From Myxococcota bacterium (GTDB taxonomy: Bacteria; Myxococcota_A; UBA796; JAFGLY01), in contig JAJRWT010000051.1 of the NCBI GenBank assembly GCA_024276675.1, positions 21,324-85,323 on the forward strand: a stretch of 64,000 bases of DNA, read 5' to 3'. This document shows, one piece after another, positions 13,258-23,508 of this stretch. A program made the position numbers and the translations under genes. The notes under the pieces were generated by a model. It worked only from the letters and a program-made list of their open reading frames with translations. It did not search any database and was not told the origin of the DNA. Position 1 is the first letter of the stretch. Each line of letters starts with the position of its first letter.

Positions 13258-13373
13258 GCCATCTGCTGCCCCGGCGCGAAGTTTTTCTCGGGATTCTTCT
13301 GGGCCTGGGCTGGGCTGTTGCGGAAGGGCTCCTCGCCAGGCTCTTTCCCACTCCGCTGGTCCATCTCCACACC

Positions 13374-14834
13374 ATGGAAACCACAACTGCCTTGCTTGGC
13401 ACTACCTTTGTGGGTGGATTGGTGGGTGTCTTCGCGGGGCGTGTGCCACATGGGAAATATGGTATCAACTCCAGGGCGCTCACCGTTGGGCTGATGGCTT
13501 TGTTGCTGTCATCGAGGCCCTTGCACCTCGCGGGCCATGCTTCCGTGTGGGGGCTGGGGCTGGGGTTGTTCTCGTACACGTTGGCGTGTCGGAGTACCTT
13601 GGCGGCTGCCCTGACGTTGTGGGCCTTGCCCTGTTTCGGTTTCTTCTTGCAGAGTCATTCTGTCCTACCGGTGGCAACGGAACTTCTCGGCAAGCCGTCC
13701 CGGCAGACCGGGCAGGTACATGGCTCCTGGGACGTTCCAGTAAGGCAGAGCGGCATCCACAGGCCAGATGTGCTGTTGATCACGGTGGACACACTGCGGG
13801 CCGATGCTGCTCTCTCGATGCCTTCTCCAGGAGACTGGCTGGTATTCGACCAGGCCGTTAGCCCCGCACCATGGACTTCGCCATCTTTCTACAGCCTTTT
13901 CACTGGTCTGCCCGTTGTTGCCCACGGCGGTGGGCTGCCCCTGGGTGACCAGGAATACAGCAAGCCCCTGGAGGGCCTTCCGTGGCTGACCGAAGTGATC
14001 GTTGGAGCGGGGTATGAAACTGCGGCATGGACATGCAATCCCCATCTCGTTGCGGACGCAGGTTTTTCTCGTGGATTCAAGCACTTTGTCCACTCGGATT
14101 CCTTCTTCGAGCCTCACCTGTTTCATCACAGCATCCAAGAGTGGCGCCATCGCTTTACCGGGCGTGTCCAGCGTTTGAGGCATGAACGGGATCAGCTACT
14201 GGTGGAGGGAGCGCGGAGATGGTTGAGCAGTCCGGCTACAAAGCCGCGATTCACCTGGGTACATCTCCTGGCTCCCCACGAGTACCAAAGGGATCTTGCC
14301 GTTGATATGGACGGTTGGAAACCAGGTATGGAAGACCTGGAACTCCTGTGGCGAGCCTATGCGCTGAACGTGGCGGCCACCGAGGATCGAATCCGGTGGC
14401 TGCTGGAAGTGGTGGATTTTTCCGATACCGTTGTCGTGTTTACCTCGGACCACGGAGAGGCGTTTGGTGAAACAGGGTACCGTGGACACGGCAAGGGTCG
14501 GACGGACGCCGAGCTACTGGTGCCTCTGGCCATGGCAGGCCCGGGGGTGGAGCCGGGTAGAGTGGGCGGCCAGGTTGCGGTGAGGGATCTGGCCGCCACG
14601 ATCCTTGAACTGCTGCACATTCCCAGGGCCATGCCTGGGCAGAATCTCATGGAAAACGAAAGAGATGCCGTGGCAGTGGGAGGGCTTCGATGGGACCCTG
14701 AGACCTTCGCTCTGAGGCGGGCAGGGGGAGAGTACGCCAGAACTGCACCGCCGGCGGCTACGGGAGCCCCCATGGTTTTTTCCGACGACACGCTGCGGAA
14801 CCTGGGCCAGTTGGGGTACGTGGAGTCTCCATGA
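13374..14834 (+). CDS. Membrane-anchored alkaline-phosphatase-superfamily (sulfatase-fold) hydrolase/transferase
   Basis: Hydrophobic N-terminus (about 3 TM segments). Then VLLITVDTLRAD (metal-binding Asp), WTSPSFYSLFTG at the nucleophile position, and VVVFTSDHGEAFGE. Confidence 0.8.
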   Translation: METTTALLGTTFVGGLVGVFAGRVPHGKYGINSRALTVGLMALLLSSRPLHLAGHASVWGLGLGLFSYTLACRSTLAAALTLWALPCFGFFLQSHSVLPVATELLGKPSRQTGQVHGSWDVPVRQSGIHRPDVLLITVDTLRADAALSMPSPGDWLVFDQAVSPAPWTSPSFYSLFTGLPVVAHGGGLPLGDQEYSKPLEGLPWLTEVIVGAGYETAAWTCNPHLVADAGFSRGFKHFVHSDSFFEPHLFHHSIQEWRHRFTGRVQRLRHERDQLLVEGARRWLSSPATKPRFTWVHLLAPHEYQRDLAVDMDGWKPGMEDLELLWRAYALNVAATEDRIRWLLEVVDFSDTVVVFTSDHGEAFGETGYRGHGKGRTDAELLVPLAMAGPGVEPGRVGGQVAVRDLAATILELLHIPRAMPGQNLMENERDAVAVGGLRWDPETFALRRAGGEYARTAPPAATGAPMVFSDDTLRNLGQLGYVESP

Positions 14835-14992
14835 AGCGAAGTCCCACGACGGCTCCTGGGAGCCGCCGGGAAAGCTCATGCCAGCTACGGAACAGCCAAG
14901 CGCTACTGCTACGGGCCCTGGCCGATAAAGTGCATTTCGAGGTGCCACATCCGGGCTGTGGAACAAAGATGAACCTGTTAGTGTAGACGGCC

Positions 14993-15907
14993 ATGATAGT
15001 TACTATTACCGTAAACGCCATGGTGGAGCATTTCTTCCCGGTGGCAGGCTTCACACCGGGCAGGGCCTACAGGCCCTCGCACGTAAGAACCTGGGCCACG
15101 GGGAAGGGACTGAATGTTGCCCGTGCCTTGAACGACCTTGGGGCCGAAGTCGTGGCCGTGGTGGCGGCCGGGGGCCGTCGGGGTCGTGAGATCGAAGAGC
15201 GCATATTGAAAGAAGGCATACCTCACCGCATAGTCGGTGTGCGCGGTGAAAACAGGGTCGGCACAACCATCTACGGGCCAGACCATGTCACGACGGTGTA
15301 CCAGGACAACCCCCCACTGTCGGATTCCGACACCGAGGCCATACTGGCCACGGTGCGCGGGCTTCTGCCCGCACGTTGCATAGTGCTGGCAGGCTCCACC
15401 CCCAGGCCCGACCTGTACAGGCGAATATGTGCCACGGGGGTACCCGTCGTGTTGGACATCTGCGGGCCAACCCTGGTGGAAGCCCTCTCCATAGGAAACG
15501 TATTGGTGGCAAAACCCAACGCCCAGGAGTGCCTCGCCACTTTCGGGCTGGAGGATCCCTCATTGGCGACTCGCCTGCTCGCCAGGAAGGGCGCGCGTTG
15601 GGCTATCGTCACCGATGGTGCCGGCGCCGCCATCTTTCGGACAGGCGGAAGGGAGTACCTGGTGCAACCTCCCAGCGTCGACGTGGTCCACCCAGTCGGA
15701 TGCGGCGATTCCCTCCTGGCGGGTTTGTTGTTCACATCGGACAGGGGGCCGCAGAAAGCCATGGCCTTTGCCGTGGCTTGTGGAGCCCACAACGCCAGCA
15801 GGCCGGATGTCGCTCACCTGGATCCCGCGGCTTGTGAACGGCTCTCCAGGCAAGTCGAGATAACTCCGCTGGGAGGTTCGGGCGGCAAAAGGCGGGTGGA
15901 ACCATGA
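14993..15907 (+). CDS. PfkB-family sugar(-phosphate) kinase (1-phosphofructokinase/tagatose-6-P kinase-like)
   Basis: MIVTITVNA...TGKGLNVARAL, and C-terminal anion-hole motif VHPVGCGDSLLAGLL. Confidence 0.85.
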   Translation: MIVTITVNAMVEHFFPVAGFTPGRAYRPSHVRTWATGKGLNVARALNDLGAEVVAVVAAGGRRGREIEERILKEGIPHRIVGVRGENRVGTTIYGPDHVTTVYQDNPPLSDSDTEAILATVRGLLPARCIVLAGSTPRPDLYRRICATGVPVVLDICGPTLVEALSIGNVLVAKPNAQECLATFGLEDPSLATRLLARKGARWAIVTDGAGAAIFRTGGREYLVQPPSVDVVHPVGCGDSLLAGLLFTSDRGPQKAMAFAVACGAHNASRPDVAHLDPAACERLSRQVEITPLGGSGGKRRVEP

Positions 15908-16860
15908 AAAACGGTGCCTTGGTAGTGCGATGGGGGCGGAGTTCCTACGAACGTGGCGCCGCACTGCAGCGGGAACGTCACAGAGTCCAGGAACTCGGCC
16001 TGCAATGCCTGCAAGTGGAGCCAGATGCACCTCTTTCGTACTTGTCCGGGGCTCATGTCCTGGTGGTGACCAGTCGGCAACGGGTGAATGGCCAGGTGTT
16101 GGGCGCAATTCCAGGGTTGGAGCTGTTGTTGACCACCACCAGCGGCTATGATCATCTGGACCTGCAGGCAGCCAGGGATCTGGGTATCATGGTGGGTAGA
16201 ATGCCCATCGCCCGTCGTGATGCCGTGGTGGAAGCCTCCCTGGGTTTGCTTCTCGCCCTGTTGCGTGACCTGCCAAGAATGCAGCGAGACGCAAGGGGCG
16301 GCAAATGGGTCAGGAGCCAACTGCCAGATCGCCGCATCGTCCGGCTGGAGTCCCTGAACGTGGGCGTTGTGGGCCTGGGAGTAATCGGCAGCCGAATGGT
16401 GCAGGTGCTGGACTTCCTCGGGGCCAACGTCATCACCTGGGATCCGTCCGTAGAACTGGAAGGATACCAGCGAATGGTCCCTCCCCGGATGTTTTCCCAG
16501 TGTCGGGCCGTGACTCTGCACTGTCGCCTTGAACGTGGAGCAGCGCCCGTCGTCGATGGGCGGATTCTGGCCGGGGCCAGGCAGGATTTGATCCTGGTGA
16601 ACACCGCGCGCGGCGGAGTGCTGGACCTGGAGGCGGCTGTCCGGGCTCTGGATGAGTCCCGTATTCGGGGCCTGGCGGTGGATGTCTTTCCACGAGAACC
16701 CTATCCCGATATTTCGGCCCTTGCAGAGCGTCCGGGTGTTCTGGTTACCCCCCACGCTGCCGGCTACCACGTCGGTCTGGCCGATGCCATCACCGACGAA
16801 CTGGTCCTGGCGCTCGAGGCATGGATGAAGGGCAGGGAAATCCCCAACCGAATAGCCTGA
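15904..16860 (+). CDS. D-isomer-specific 2-hydroxyacid dehydrogenase family, NAD-binding
   Basis: GVVGLGVIGSRMV (GxGxxG), LVNTARGGVLD, TPHAAGY. ATGA overlap with the preceding kinase gene. Confidence 0.88.
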   Translation: MKNGALVVRWGRSSYERGAALQRERHRVQELGLQCLQVEPDAPLSYLSGAHVLVVTSRQRVNGQVLGAIPGLELLLTTTSGYDHLDLQAARDLGIMVGRMPIARRDAVVEASLGLLLALLRDLPRMQRDARGGKWVRSQLPDRRIVRLESLNVGVVGLGVIGSRMVQVLDFLGANVITWDPSVELEGYQRMVPPRMFSQCRAVTLHCRLERGAAPVVDGRILAGARQDLILVNTARGGVLDLEAAVRALDESRIRGLAVDVFPREPYPDISALAERPGVLVTPHAAGYHVGLADAITDELVLALEAWMKGREIPNRIA

Positions 16861-16934
16861 TGCGCTGTCCATCGAGCCATTGCTCTGTGGACTTGCGGTT
16901 TATGGGACGTTGGTTGGAGATGGACCTGCCACTG

Positions 16935-17756
16935 TCAACGACCAAGCCTGGGGCCGGGGCCGCGCTTGGCGAGAATCTGCTCGACCCCCTCGGCGAAACC
17001 CCGCCCTCCCGGAAGTGAAGTGATGTAGCGGGGCCTGTGTCGCAGGCGCGGCAGAAAGCGCCTGACATTGGCCACGCCAATGCTGTGTGGAAAGGCCCGG
17101 AACATTGGTTCGTCGTTTGCCGAGTCGCCGAAGAAGACCCAACGGTGGAGGCAGTCGTCCAGATCCAGGCGCCAACGCTGGGTGAAGAACCTGCGGCAGC
17201 CCTCCAGCTTGTCGAAGTCTCCGAACCATCCGTTTACATGTATGCTCGAGACCTTGCACACCGCGCCCGCTTCTCGAAAAATAGCAACGATATCGTCCAC
17301 CGCCGAATCGTCGAGAGGGGGAACATCCTCGCAAAAATCGATGGCCAGATCCAGCTCGCGGTATGGTTGGTCCGCCGAGAGGGCCGAGCCTGGTACCAGC
17401 AGGGGAATCTTCTCGCCCAGGGCACGGAGTAGACTGCGATTCTCGGCTCGGCGGCTGCGGCTTTGAAGAAAACGCCGCTGGAGTCTGTGGCCGTCGTGCC
17501 AGAACCAGAGTCCGCCGTTTTCACCGACTACGCCGTCCACTGGCCACATGCGGGCCAGGTGGTCCACCCAACCAGCGGGCCTGCCGGTGACGATTACGGT
17601 CTTGATTCCAGCCTGCCGTGCTTTGTGCAGGGCCAGGAATGCCTCGGGAACCACGCGACCGTGTTCGGTAAGCGTGTCGTCAAGGTCGCAGAGTATGCCT
17701 TCCAGCCGCCTGCATTGTTCCTCTTCCAGCTTCCGGATGGATTCTACTGGTTTCAT
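16935..17756 (-). CDS. HAD-IIB family hydrolase
   Basis: From ATG 17756: MKPVESIRKL...GILCDLDDTLT (motif I), VIVTGRPAGW, FFGDSANDEPMF (motif IV). The upstream part of the track ORF looks non-coding. Confidence 0.82.
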   Translation of the reverse strand: MKPVESIRKLEEEQCRRLEGILCDLDDTLTEHGRVVPEAFLALHKARQAGIKTVIVTGRPAGWVDHLARMWPVDGVVGENGGLWFWHDGHRLQRRFLQSRSRRAENRSLLRALGEKIPLLVPGSALSADQPYRELDLAIDFCEDVPPLDDSAVDDIVAIFREAGAVCKVSSIHVNGWFGDFDKLEGCRRFFTQRWRLDLDDCLHRWVFFGDSANDEPMFRAFPHSIGVANVRRFLPRLRHRPRYITSLPGGRGFAEGVEQILAKRGPGPRLGR

Positions 17757-17803
17757 GTGGGTCTTCTCCTGGAGCGGACTGGAAGGGCCTGCGCGGCCAT
17801 GCG

Positions 17804-19522
17804 CTATTTGCCGGAACGGCGAAACATGTATTTGAACAAGGAAAACAAGGTTCGGGGAATCAGTCGGGGGCTGAGGTGGTCTGCCAGGTGGATGTGGGCC
17901 ACCAACGAGACCCAGCCCAACACACCCGAGAGGAGCGTGAGGCAACCCAGCAAGGGTATGAGCGGAAAACCGAGTATTCGTACATCCATACTGGCGATCA
18001 TCAAGGAGCCGGAGAGGGCCATGCCCACGGCGCACAGCGCCACCGAGAGCCGGTAGGCGCCCGTTCGTACCTCCAGGCGGAGCTTTTCGGTCTCGGGGTC
18101 ATGAACCGTTATCTGCAGCCGGCCAGCCTCCAGGTCCGACAGAAACTGGTTGGCCTGGAGCGGGAGCTGGGAGAGGCTCATTCGGGCATGGAGGAGCATC
18201 CTGGCCGTGTCTCCCAGCACCTTGCCAGGATCCAGGCGACTGGTCAGCAGGCGTTGGGCCAATGGTTTCAACTCTTCCACTATGTCTATATCGGGAACCA
18301 GTCTTTGGGCTTGCCCATAGGTCAAGGCCGCGGTTCTCGCCAGAAATACGTATTCGCGGGGGAGAACGATGTTGTGGTTGGCTGCCACCTGGATGATCTC
18401 CAGGAGATTGGAGCGATCAGCAAAGTCCTTCAGAGCTGCGCCGTGGTACTTTTCCATCAGGAAGGCAACTTCCTTGCGGAACGCCTTCAGGTCCACCCGC
18501 CCCGCGGTACCTCCCGCCTGGTATACCGCCAGGGTGAGTCCCTCCGCATCACGGAACACCAGGGCCGTGAAGATGGCAGCCAGCATCTGCTGCATCTCGC
18601 CCGACAGTGTTCCCATCAGCCCGAAGTCAAGGTAGGCCGTGCGACCGTCTTCAAGGAGGAAGATATTGCCGGGGTGGGGATCTCCGTGGAAGAAGCCGTT
18701 TTCGAAAACCTGGGTGAAGGTACACTCCATCAAGGTCCTGGAAAATGTTCGTGCCCTGGGATCATCAGCGACGAGGGTGCTGACGGGCTCACCGTCTATC
18801 AACTCCAGGGTCAGGACACGGCGGCTGGATTGCTTGGGAAAGGTACGTGGCACCACGATGCCGGGGTGGGAGTTCTCCAGGCTGGTTCTGAAACGGTCAC
18901 AGTTTCGAGCCTCTGTCAAGAAGTCCATTTCCTGGTGCAGGGCTGTCTCGAACTCGGCCACGATGTCCACCGCCGAATAGGCTCCCGGCAGGTCAAGGCT
19001 GCCCTCCACGAGTCGCGCCAAGGTGTAGAGGATTCGAATATCGGAGCGGATGATGGGCTCGATTCCGGGCCTCTGGATCTTGACCGCCACCGCGGTTCCG
19101 TCACGAAGACTGGCCCGGTGCACCTGCGCAATGGATGCCGAGGCCAGTGGCTCTTCGTGAAAATCCCGGAATACTTCGGGTATGGTGGATTGTAGTTCTT
19201 CTTCCAAAACCTTGGCTATGGTTTCGAAGGAAACCGGGTCCACCCTGTCCTGGAGCTTTTCCAATTCCTTTGCCAATACCGGAGGTACCAGGTCGGGTCT
19301 CACGGAGAGTACCTGGCCCAGCTTGACAAAAGTGGGCCCCAGGTCGTTGATGGCCTGGCGCACTCTCTCGGTCCAGTGGAGGCTGTGGTTCACCGAATCC
19401 AGCCTGTCCGGGAGGAAGCGATTCAACGGCGAAGATGAAAGCCTCTGGCCGAAGCCATGGCGCACCAGGACGGAGACGATCTTCCGGATCCGCGATAGAT
19501 CTTTGACGCTCAGGTTTTTCAT
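17804..19522 (-). CDS. ubiB: ABC1/UbiB atypical kinase family protein
   Basis: ASIAQVHRASLRDGTAVAVKIQRPGI, HGDPHPGNIFL, C-terminal TM segments. Confidence 0.9.
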   Translation of the reverse strand: MKNLSVKDLSRIRKIVSVLVRHGFGQRLSSSPLNRFLPDRLDSVNHSLHWTERVRQAINDLGPTFVKLGQVLSVRPDLVPPVLAKELEKLQDRVDPVSFETIAKVLEEELQSTIPEVFRDFHEEPLASASIAQVHRASLRDGTAVAVKIQRPGIEPIIRSDIRILYTLARLVEGSLDLPGAYSAVDIVAEFETALHQEMDFLTEARNCDRFRTSLENSHPGIVVPRTFPKQSSRRVLTLELIDGEPVSTLVADDPRARTFSRTLMECTFTQVFENGFFHGDPHPGNIFLLEDGRTAYLDFGLMGTLSGEMQQMLAAIFTALVFRDAEGLTLAVYQAGGTAGRVDLKAFRKEVAFLMEKYHGAALKDFADRSNLLEIIQVAANHNIVLPREYVFLARTAALTYGQAQRLVPDIDIVEELKPLAQRLLTSRLDPGKVLGDTARMLLHARMSLSQLPLQANQFLSDLEAGRLQITVHDPETEKLRLEVRTGAYRLSVALCAVGMALSGSLMIASMDVRILGFPLIPLLGCLTLLSGVLGWVSLVAHIHLADHLSPRLIPRTLFSLFKYMFRRSGK

Positions 19523-19783
19523 GGTAGGGCCCGGATGACTTGTGGTTCGTGTCTACGAGCGAGGCACCCGGAGTGCCTGAAGGTGCGCCCCGACGAGTCG
19601 GACAGGCTCATTGCAGCCGCCAGAATCCAGGCAGGATGTCGGGGGGCGATGTAGCTGAACCTCGCCCTGGAGTTCGAGTAACCCGATACACCCGGTTCTT
19701 CGGGTCCATGCGCCCTGCGCGGGCGGAGGGAACCAGCCACCAGCGGCTCGCCATCAGGCCCTGGCGTTTGCAGTCTCAATAGT

Positions 19784-21277
19784 TCAATAGGCCCTGGCGA
19801 AGATGGCCATGTGGGTGGCGGGTCGCCCCGTCTTGAAGCAGGAGAGCCCTTTTGCCTCTTCCTGGCCTTCCAGGGGAAAACAGCGCAGCGTAGCTCGGGT
19901 TTCTGCCTTGATGGCCGCCTCTTCCCGGGCGTCGTCGTACCAGGGCACCAGGTACCAACCGGATTGCTGGGCGACCTGGTTCTTGAAGGTATCGTAGTCC
20001 GCCAGACGGTGGGTGTTGGATTCACGTTTTTCCGTGGCCATCTGGAGCATCTTCAACTGGATGGAATCCAGCTCCTGGCGAATGGAACTCCGTATGCCGT
20101 GTATGGAAAGGGGAAACTTTTTTGCGTCGATGCGACGTGCCACGAAGACGTTTTCCCGGGCCATGTCCCTGGGACCGACCTCAAGGCGAAGGGGGACTCC
20201 CTTCCGCTCCCACTCGTAGTACTTGGCACCCGGCTTGATGTTGTCTCGGTCGTCCAGGTGGACACGGAATGCGGAGGAGAGTTCTGCCTTGAGCCTTTCG
20301 CAGTATTCAAGGACCTGAAGTTTTTTTGATGCGCCTTTCCATATCGGCGTGATCACTACCTGGAACGGCGCCACTGCCGGGGGAGCAACCAGGCCCTTGT
20401 CGTCGGAGTGGGCCATGATCATGGCTCCGATGAGACGGGTGGAGACGCCCCAGGACGTGGCCCACACCAGCCTGCGCCGACCATCCGTGTCCTGGAAGGT
20501 GACGTCGAATGCCCTGGCGAAGTTCTGCCCGAGAAAATGGCTGGTGCCGGCCTGGAGGGCCCAGCCGTTTTGCATCATGGCCTCGATGCAGTAGGTATCT
20601 ACCGCGCCTGCGAAGCGCTCAGAGCTGCTCTTACGACCTGAAACCACCGGCAATGCAAGCAACTCGTGGGCGAAGTCGCTGTAGACTTGCAACATGCGCA
20701 GGGTCTCCTCGATGGCTTCTCGAGAGTTCGCGTGGGCGGTGTGGCCTTCCTGCCAGAGAAACTCCGCAGTGCGCAGGAAGGGGCGGGTCTTCATCTCCCA
20801 GCGGACTACGTTGGCCCACTGGTTGATGAGCAGCGGAAGATCCCTGTGGGAATCGATCCACCTCCGGTACATGTGCCAGATGATGGTTTCGCTGGTTGGC
20901 CTTACGACGAGGGGTTCTTCCAGGCGGCTGTCGGGATCCGGTTCAACCGCCGCCTTGCCGTCCACGGTAGTGGAACGCAGGCGGTGGTGGGTGACCAGGG
21001 CGCATTCCTTGGCGAATCCTTCCACGTGTTCGGCTTCCCGGGAGAGAAAACTCTGTGGGATGAAAAGTGGGAAGTAGGCGTTGGTGTGCCCGGTTTCCTT
21101 GAAGCGCCTGTCCAGGTCCTTCTGGATGGCTTCCCAGATGGCGTAGCCCATGGGACGGATCACCATGCAGCCCTTGACTGGAGAGTAGTCCGCCAACTGT
21201 GCTGCCTGGATGGTGTCCAGGTACCATTGACTGTAGTCGTCGGCCCTCGGGGTAATCGCCAACTCGTGTGTGCTCAT
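19784..21277 (-). CDS. proS: Proline--tRNA ligase (archaeal/eukaryote-like type)
   Basis: From ATG 21277: MSTHELAITPRADDYSQWYLDTIQAAQLADYSPVKGCMVIRPMGYAIWE..., FPLFIP, RPTSETII, WQEGHTAH. Confidence 0.93.
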   Translation of the reverse strand: MSTHELAITPRADDYSQWYLDTIQAAQLADYSPVKGCMVIRPMGYAIWEAIQKDLDRRFKETGHTNAYFPLFIPQSFLSREAEHVEGFAKECALVTHHRLRSTTVDGKAAVEPDPDSRLEEPLVVRPTSETIIWHMYRRWIDSHRDLPLLINQWANVVRWEMKTRPFLRTAEFLWQEGHTAHANSREAIEETLRMLQVYSDFAHELLALPVVSGRKSSSERFAGAVDTYCIEAMMQNGWALQAGTSHFLGQNFARAFDVTFQDTDGRRRLVWATSWGVSTRLIGAMIMAHSDDKGLVAPPAVAPFQVVITPIWKGASKKLQVLEYCERLKAELSSAFRVHLDDRDNIKPGAKYYEWERKGVPLRLEVGPRDMARENVFVARRIDAKKFPLSIHGIRSSIRQELDSIQLKMLQMATEKRESNTHRLADYDTFKNQVAQQSGWYLVPWYDDAREEAAIKAETRATLRCFPLEGQEEAKGLSCFKTGRPATHMAIFARAY

Positions 21278-21453
21278 ACCTTTTTCCGTGTTCTTTGTAG
21301 GGGTGTCCTGTGCTGGCTGCGGAATGCAGGCAAGCTCATAACATGTATGTGCTCCAGAGATGTAGGGACTGGTCCGCTCCATGTTGGAAAGGGTCGGAGG
21401 GCGTTGCTGGAGATGAGTGGGGAGAATAAGAGCCGTGACTGCCAAAGGAGTGA

Positions 21454-23475
21454 ATGATGAGTGCTTCCTCGAGACGGTTTCCAGCCAACAGCGATTCAGC
21501 TCGGCCCGACAGCCGGGAACAGGAACTGGACAAGCTCTGCGCCAACACCATCAGGGGCCTGGCCGTGGACGCCATCCAGAAGGCCAACTCGGGCCACCCG
21601 GGCCTGCCCCTGGGAATGGCAGACGTGGCTTTCGTGCTCTGGACCAGGTTTTTGCGCTACGATCCTGCCTGTCCCGACTGGCCTGATCGGGATCGCTTCG
21701 TGCTGTCCGGTGGACACGGCTCCGCACTCCTCTACAGCCTGTTGCATCTTTCTGGTATCGAGTTGACTTTGGATGACCTGCGGGCGTTCCGGCAGTTGGG
21801 AAGCCGCACGCCGGGTCATCCTGAACACTGGCTCACACCCATGGTTGAGACCACGACCGGTCCACTGGGGCAGGGTTTTGCCAACGCGGTGGGCATGGCG
21901 ATGGCGGAGCGCCTGTTGAGGGAGCATTTCGGTGAAGATCTGGTGAACCACCACACCTACGTCATGGCAGGCGACGGCGACCTGATGGAAGGCATCGCCG
22001 CCGAGGCCGCTTCCCTGGCGGGCCATCTTCGACTGGGCAGGCTTGTGCTGCTGTACGACCAAAACGGAATCACCATCGACGGTTCCACCGACCTCACCTT
22101 CACCGAAGATGTCCCGGCACGTTTCGCCGCATACGGATGGCATGTCCTCAGCGCGGACGGCCATGACAAACAGCAGGTTGCCGCGGCCATCACGCTGGCC
22201 AGGGCCGATACACGCCCCTCTATAATCTGTTGTCGTACCACCATCGGCTTCGGATCGCCTGGTATGGCCGGCTCCAACAAAGTTCACGGCGCACCGCTGG
22301 GGCCCGCCGAAATCAAGCGCACCAAGAAAGAACTCGGCCTGGACCCGGAAAAAGCTTTTGCCGTTCCTTCGAAGGTGCTCCGGCGTTTTCGCGACAACGA
22401 CCCGGCGCGAGCCCGGGAACGTCAGGCCTGGGAAGCCCGCCTGGAGGCCTCGGCCAGGGCTGGGGAATGGCGGCTTTGGTGGGGTGCCGCCCAGGAGCAG
22501 CTTTCGGGAGTGCTCTGGCCAGCCTTCCAGGCCGGAACCAGTATCGCCACCCGGAAAGCCAGCGGGCAGGTTCTGGCGGCACTTTCCAATGCCATCCCGA
22601 ACCTGGTGGGCGGCGCTGCCGACCTGGCTGGTTCCAACCAGACCTACCTGCCGGGCAAGGGCGATGTTTCTCCCATGGACTTCACGGGTCGCAATATCCA
22701 CTTCGGTGTTCGTGAGCACTCCATGGCAGGCATCTGCAACGGCATGGCCCTGCACGGAGCCATTCGTCCCTACTGTGGCACTTTCCTGGTATTCCACGAC
22801 TACATGAGGCCCTCCGTGAGGTTGGCCGCCATGATGGGCCTGCCCGTGGTGTTCGTGTACACCCACGACAGCATCCTTGTGGGCGAAGACGGCCCCACCC
22901 ACCAGCCCGTGGAGCAGCTTCAAGCACTGCGCCTGGTCCCGGGTCTGGTCACCCTGCGTCCTGCCGACGCCAACGAGGTCTCCCAGGCCTGGAAGATCGC
23001 CATGCGGCGCCACGATGGCCTAACCGCCATAGTCCTCACCAGGCAGAAACTGCCTGTCCTGGACAGGACTGGGCTCTCCTCCGCGGGGAATCTTTCGCGG
23101 GGTGGCTATGTATTGAGCGACAGGGATGGCGCCAGGGCCATAATCATCGCCACCGGTTCCGAGGTCTCCCTTGCCCTCCAGGCACAGGAAGAACTGGACG
23201 CCGACGGAATACCCGTGCGTGTTGTCAACCTGGCAAGTTGGGAACTCTTCCAACAGCAGGGTAGAGAATACCGCTCCTCGGTTCTGCTGGATGGCTTGCC
23301 CAGGGTGTCCGTCGAAGCCGGTACTACCAACGGATGGGAACGCTACGTGGGCTTGGACGGAGCAAGCGTGGGTATAGACGATTACGGGCACTCCGCTCCC
23401 GGTGACCAAGTGGCTCGTTTCATGGGCTTGTCAGTGGAAAACGTGGTAGAAACGGTGAAGAACCTCATTCAATAG
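21454..23475 (+). CDS. tkt: Transketolase
   Basis: [59 protein letters not shown]. Confidence 0.95.
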   Translation: MMSASSRRFPANSDSARPDSREQELDKLCANTIRGLAVDAIQKANSGHPGLPLGMADVAFVLWTRFLRYDPACPDWPDRDRFVLSGGHGSALLYSLLHLSGIELTLDDLRAFRQLGSRTPGHPEHWLTPMVETTTGPLGQGFANAVGMAMAERLLREHFGEDLVNHHTYVMAGDGDLMEGIAAEAASLAGHLRLGRLVLLYDQNGITIDGSTDLTFTEDVPARFAAYGWHVLSADGHDKQQVAAAITLARADTRPSIICCRTTIGFGSPGMAGSNKVHGAPLGPAEIKRTKKELGLDPEKAFAVPSKVLRRFRDNDPARARERQAWEARLEASARAGEWRLWWGAAQEQLSGVLWPAFQAGTSIATRKASGQVLAALSNAIPNLVGGAADLAGSNQTYLPGKGDVSPMDFTGRNIHFGVREHSMAGICNGMALHGAIRPYCGTFLVFHDYMRPSVRLAAMMGLPVVFVYTHDSILVGEDGPTHQPVEQLQALRLVPGLVTLRPADANEVSQAWKIAMRRHDGLTAIVLTRQKLPVLDRTGLSSAGNLSRGGYVLSDRDGARAIIIATGSEVSLALQAQEELDADGIPVRVVNLASWELFQQQGREYRSSVLLDGLPRVSVEAGTTNGWERYVGLDGASVGIDDYGHSAPGDQVARFMGLSVENVVETVKNLIQ

Positions 23476-23508
23476 TCTTCGCCTGTCTTCCAACGAAGGA
23501 CGGTCTCA

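Noticed and set aside
13374-14834. A functional pairing of the 'sulfatase' with the FGE-fold proteins as its formylglycine-generating maturases.
   Set aside because: The sulfatase-fold protein lacks the C/S-x-P-x-R target motif (Thr at the nucleophile position). The genes are also more than 40 kb apart.
19613-19657. SRP (4.5S) RNA-like string GCAGCC...GGCAGGATGTCGG...GATGTAGCTG in the 260-nt proS-ubiB spacer. It resembles the 3' half of E. coli ffs.
   Set aside because: The diagnostic domain IV sequence (GGUCCGGAAGGAAGCAGC with the GGAA tetraloop) is absent upstream, and I could not draw the long hairpin. A covariance-model scan (Rfam RF00169) would settle it.
21496-23013. Very long ORFs antisense to, or out of frame with, clear genes. 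Examples: 505 aa antisense to tkt; 143..1072; 15814..16872; 17876..19195; 33759..34874; and 47015 to about 48030, overlapping yeeE.
   Set aside because: Their products are R/P/G/A-rich with no motifs, while the opposite or alternate frame encodes a well-recognised protein. This is a typical high-GC artefact. Only the last 134 codons of 47015..48436 were kept, as a separate GTG-started gene.
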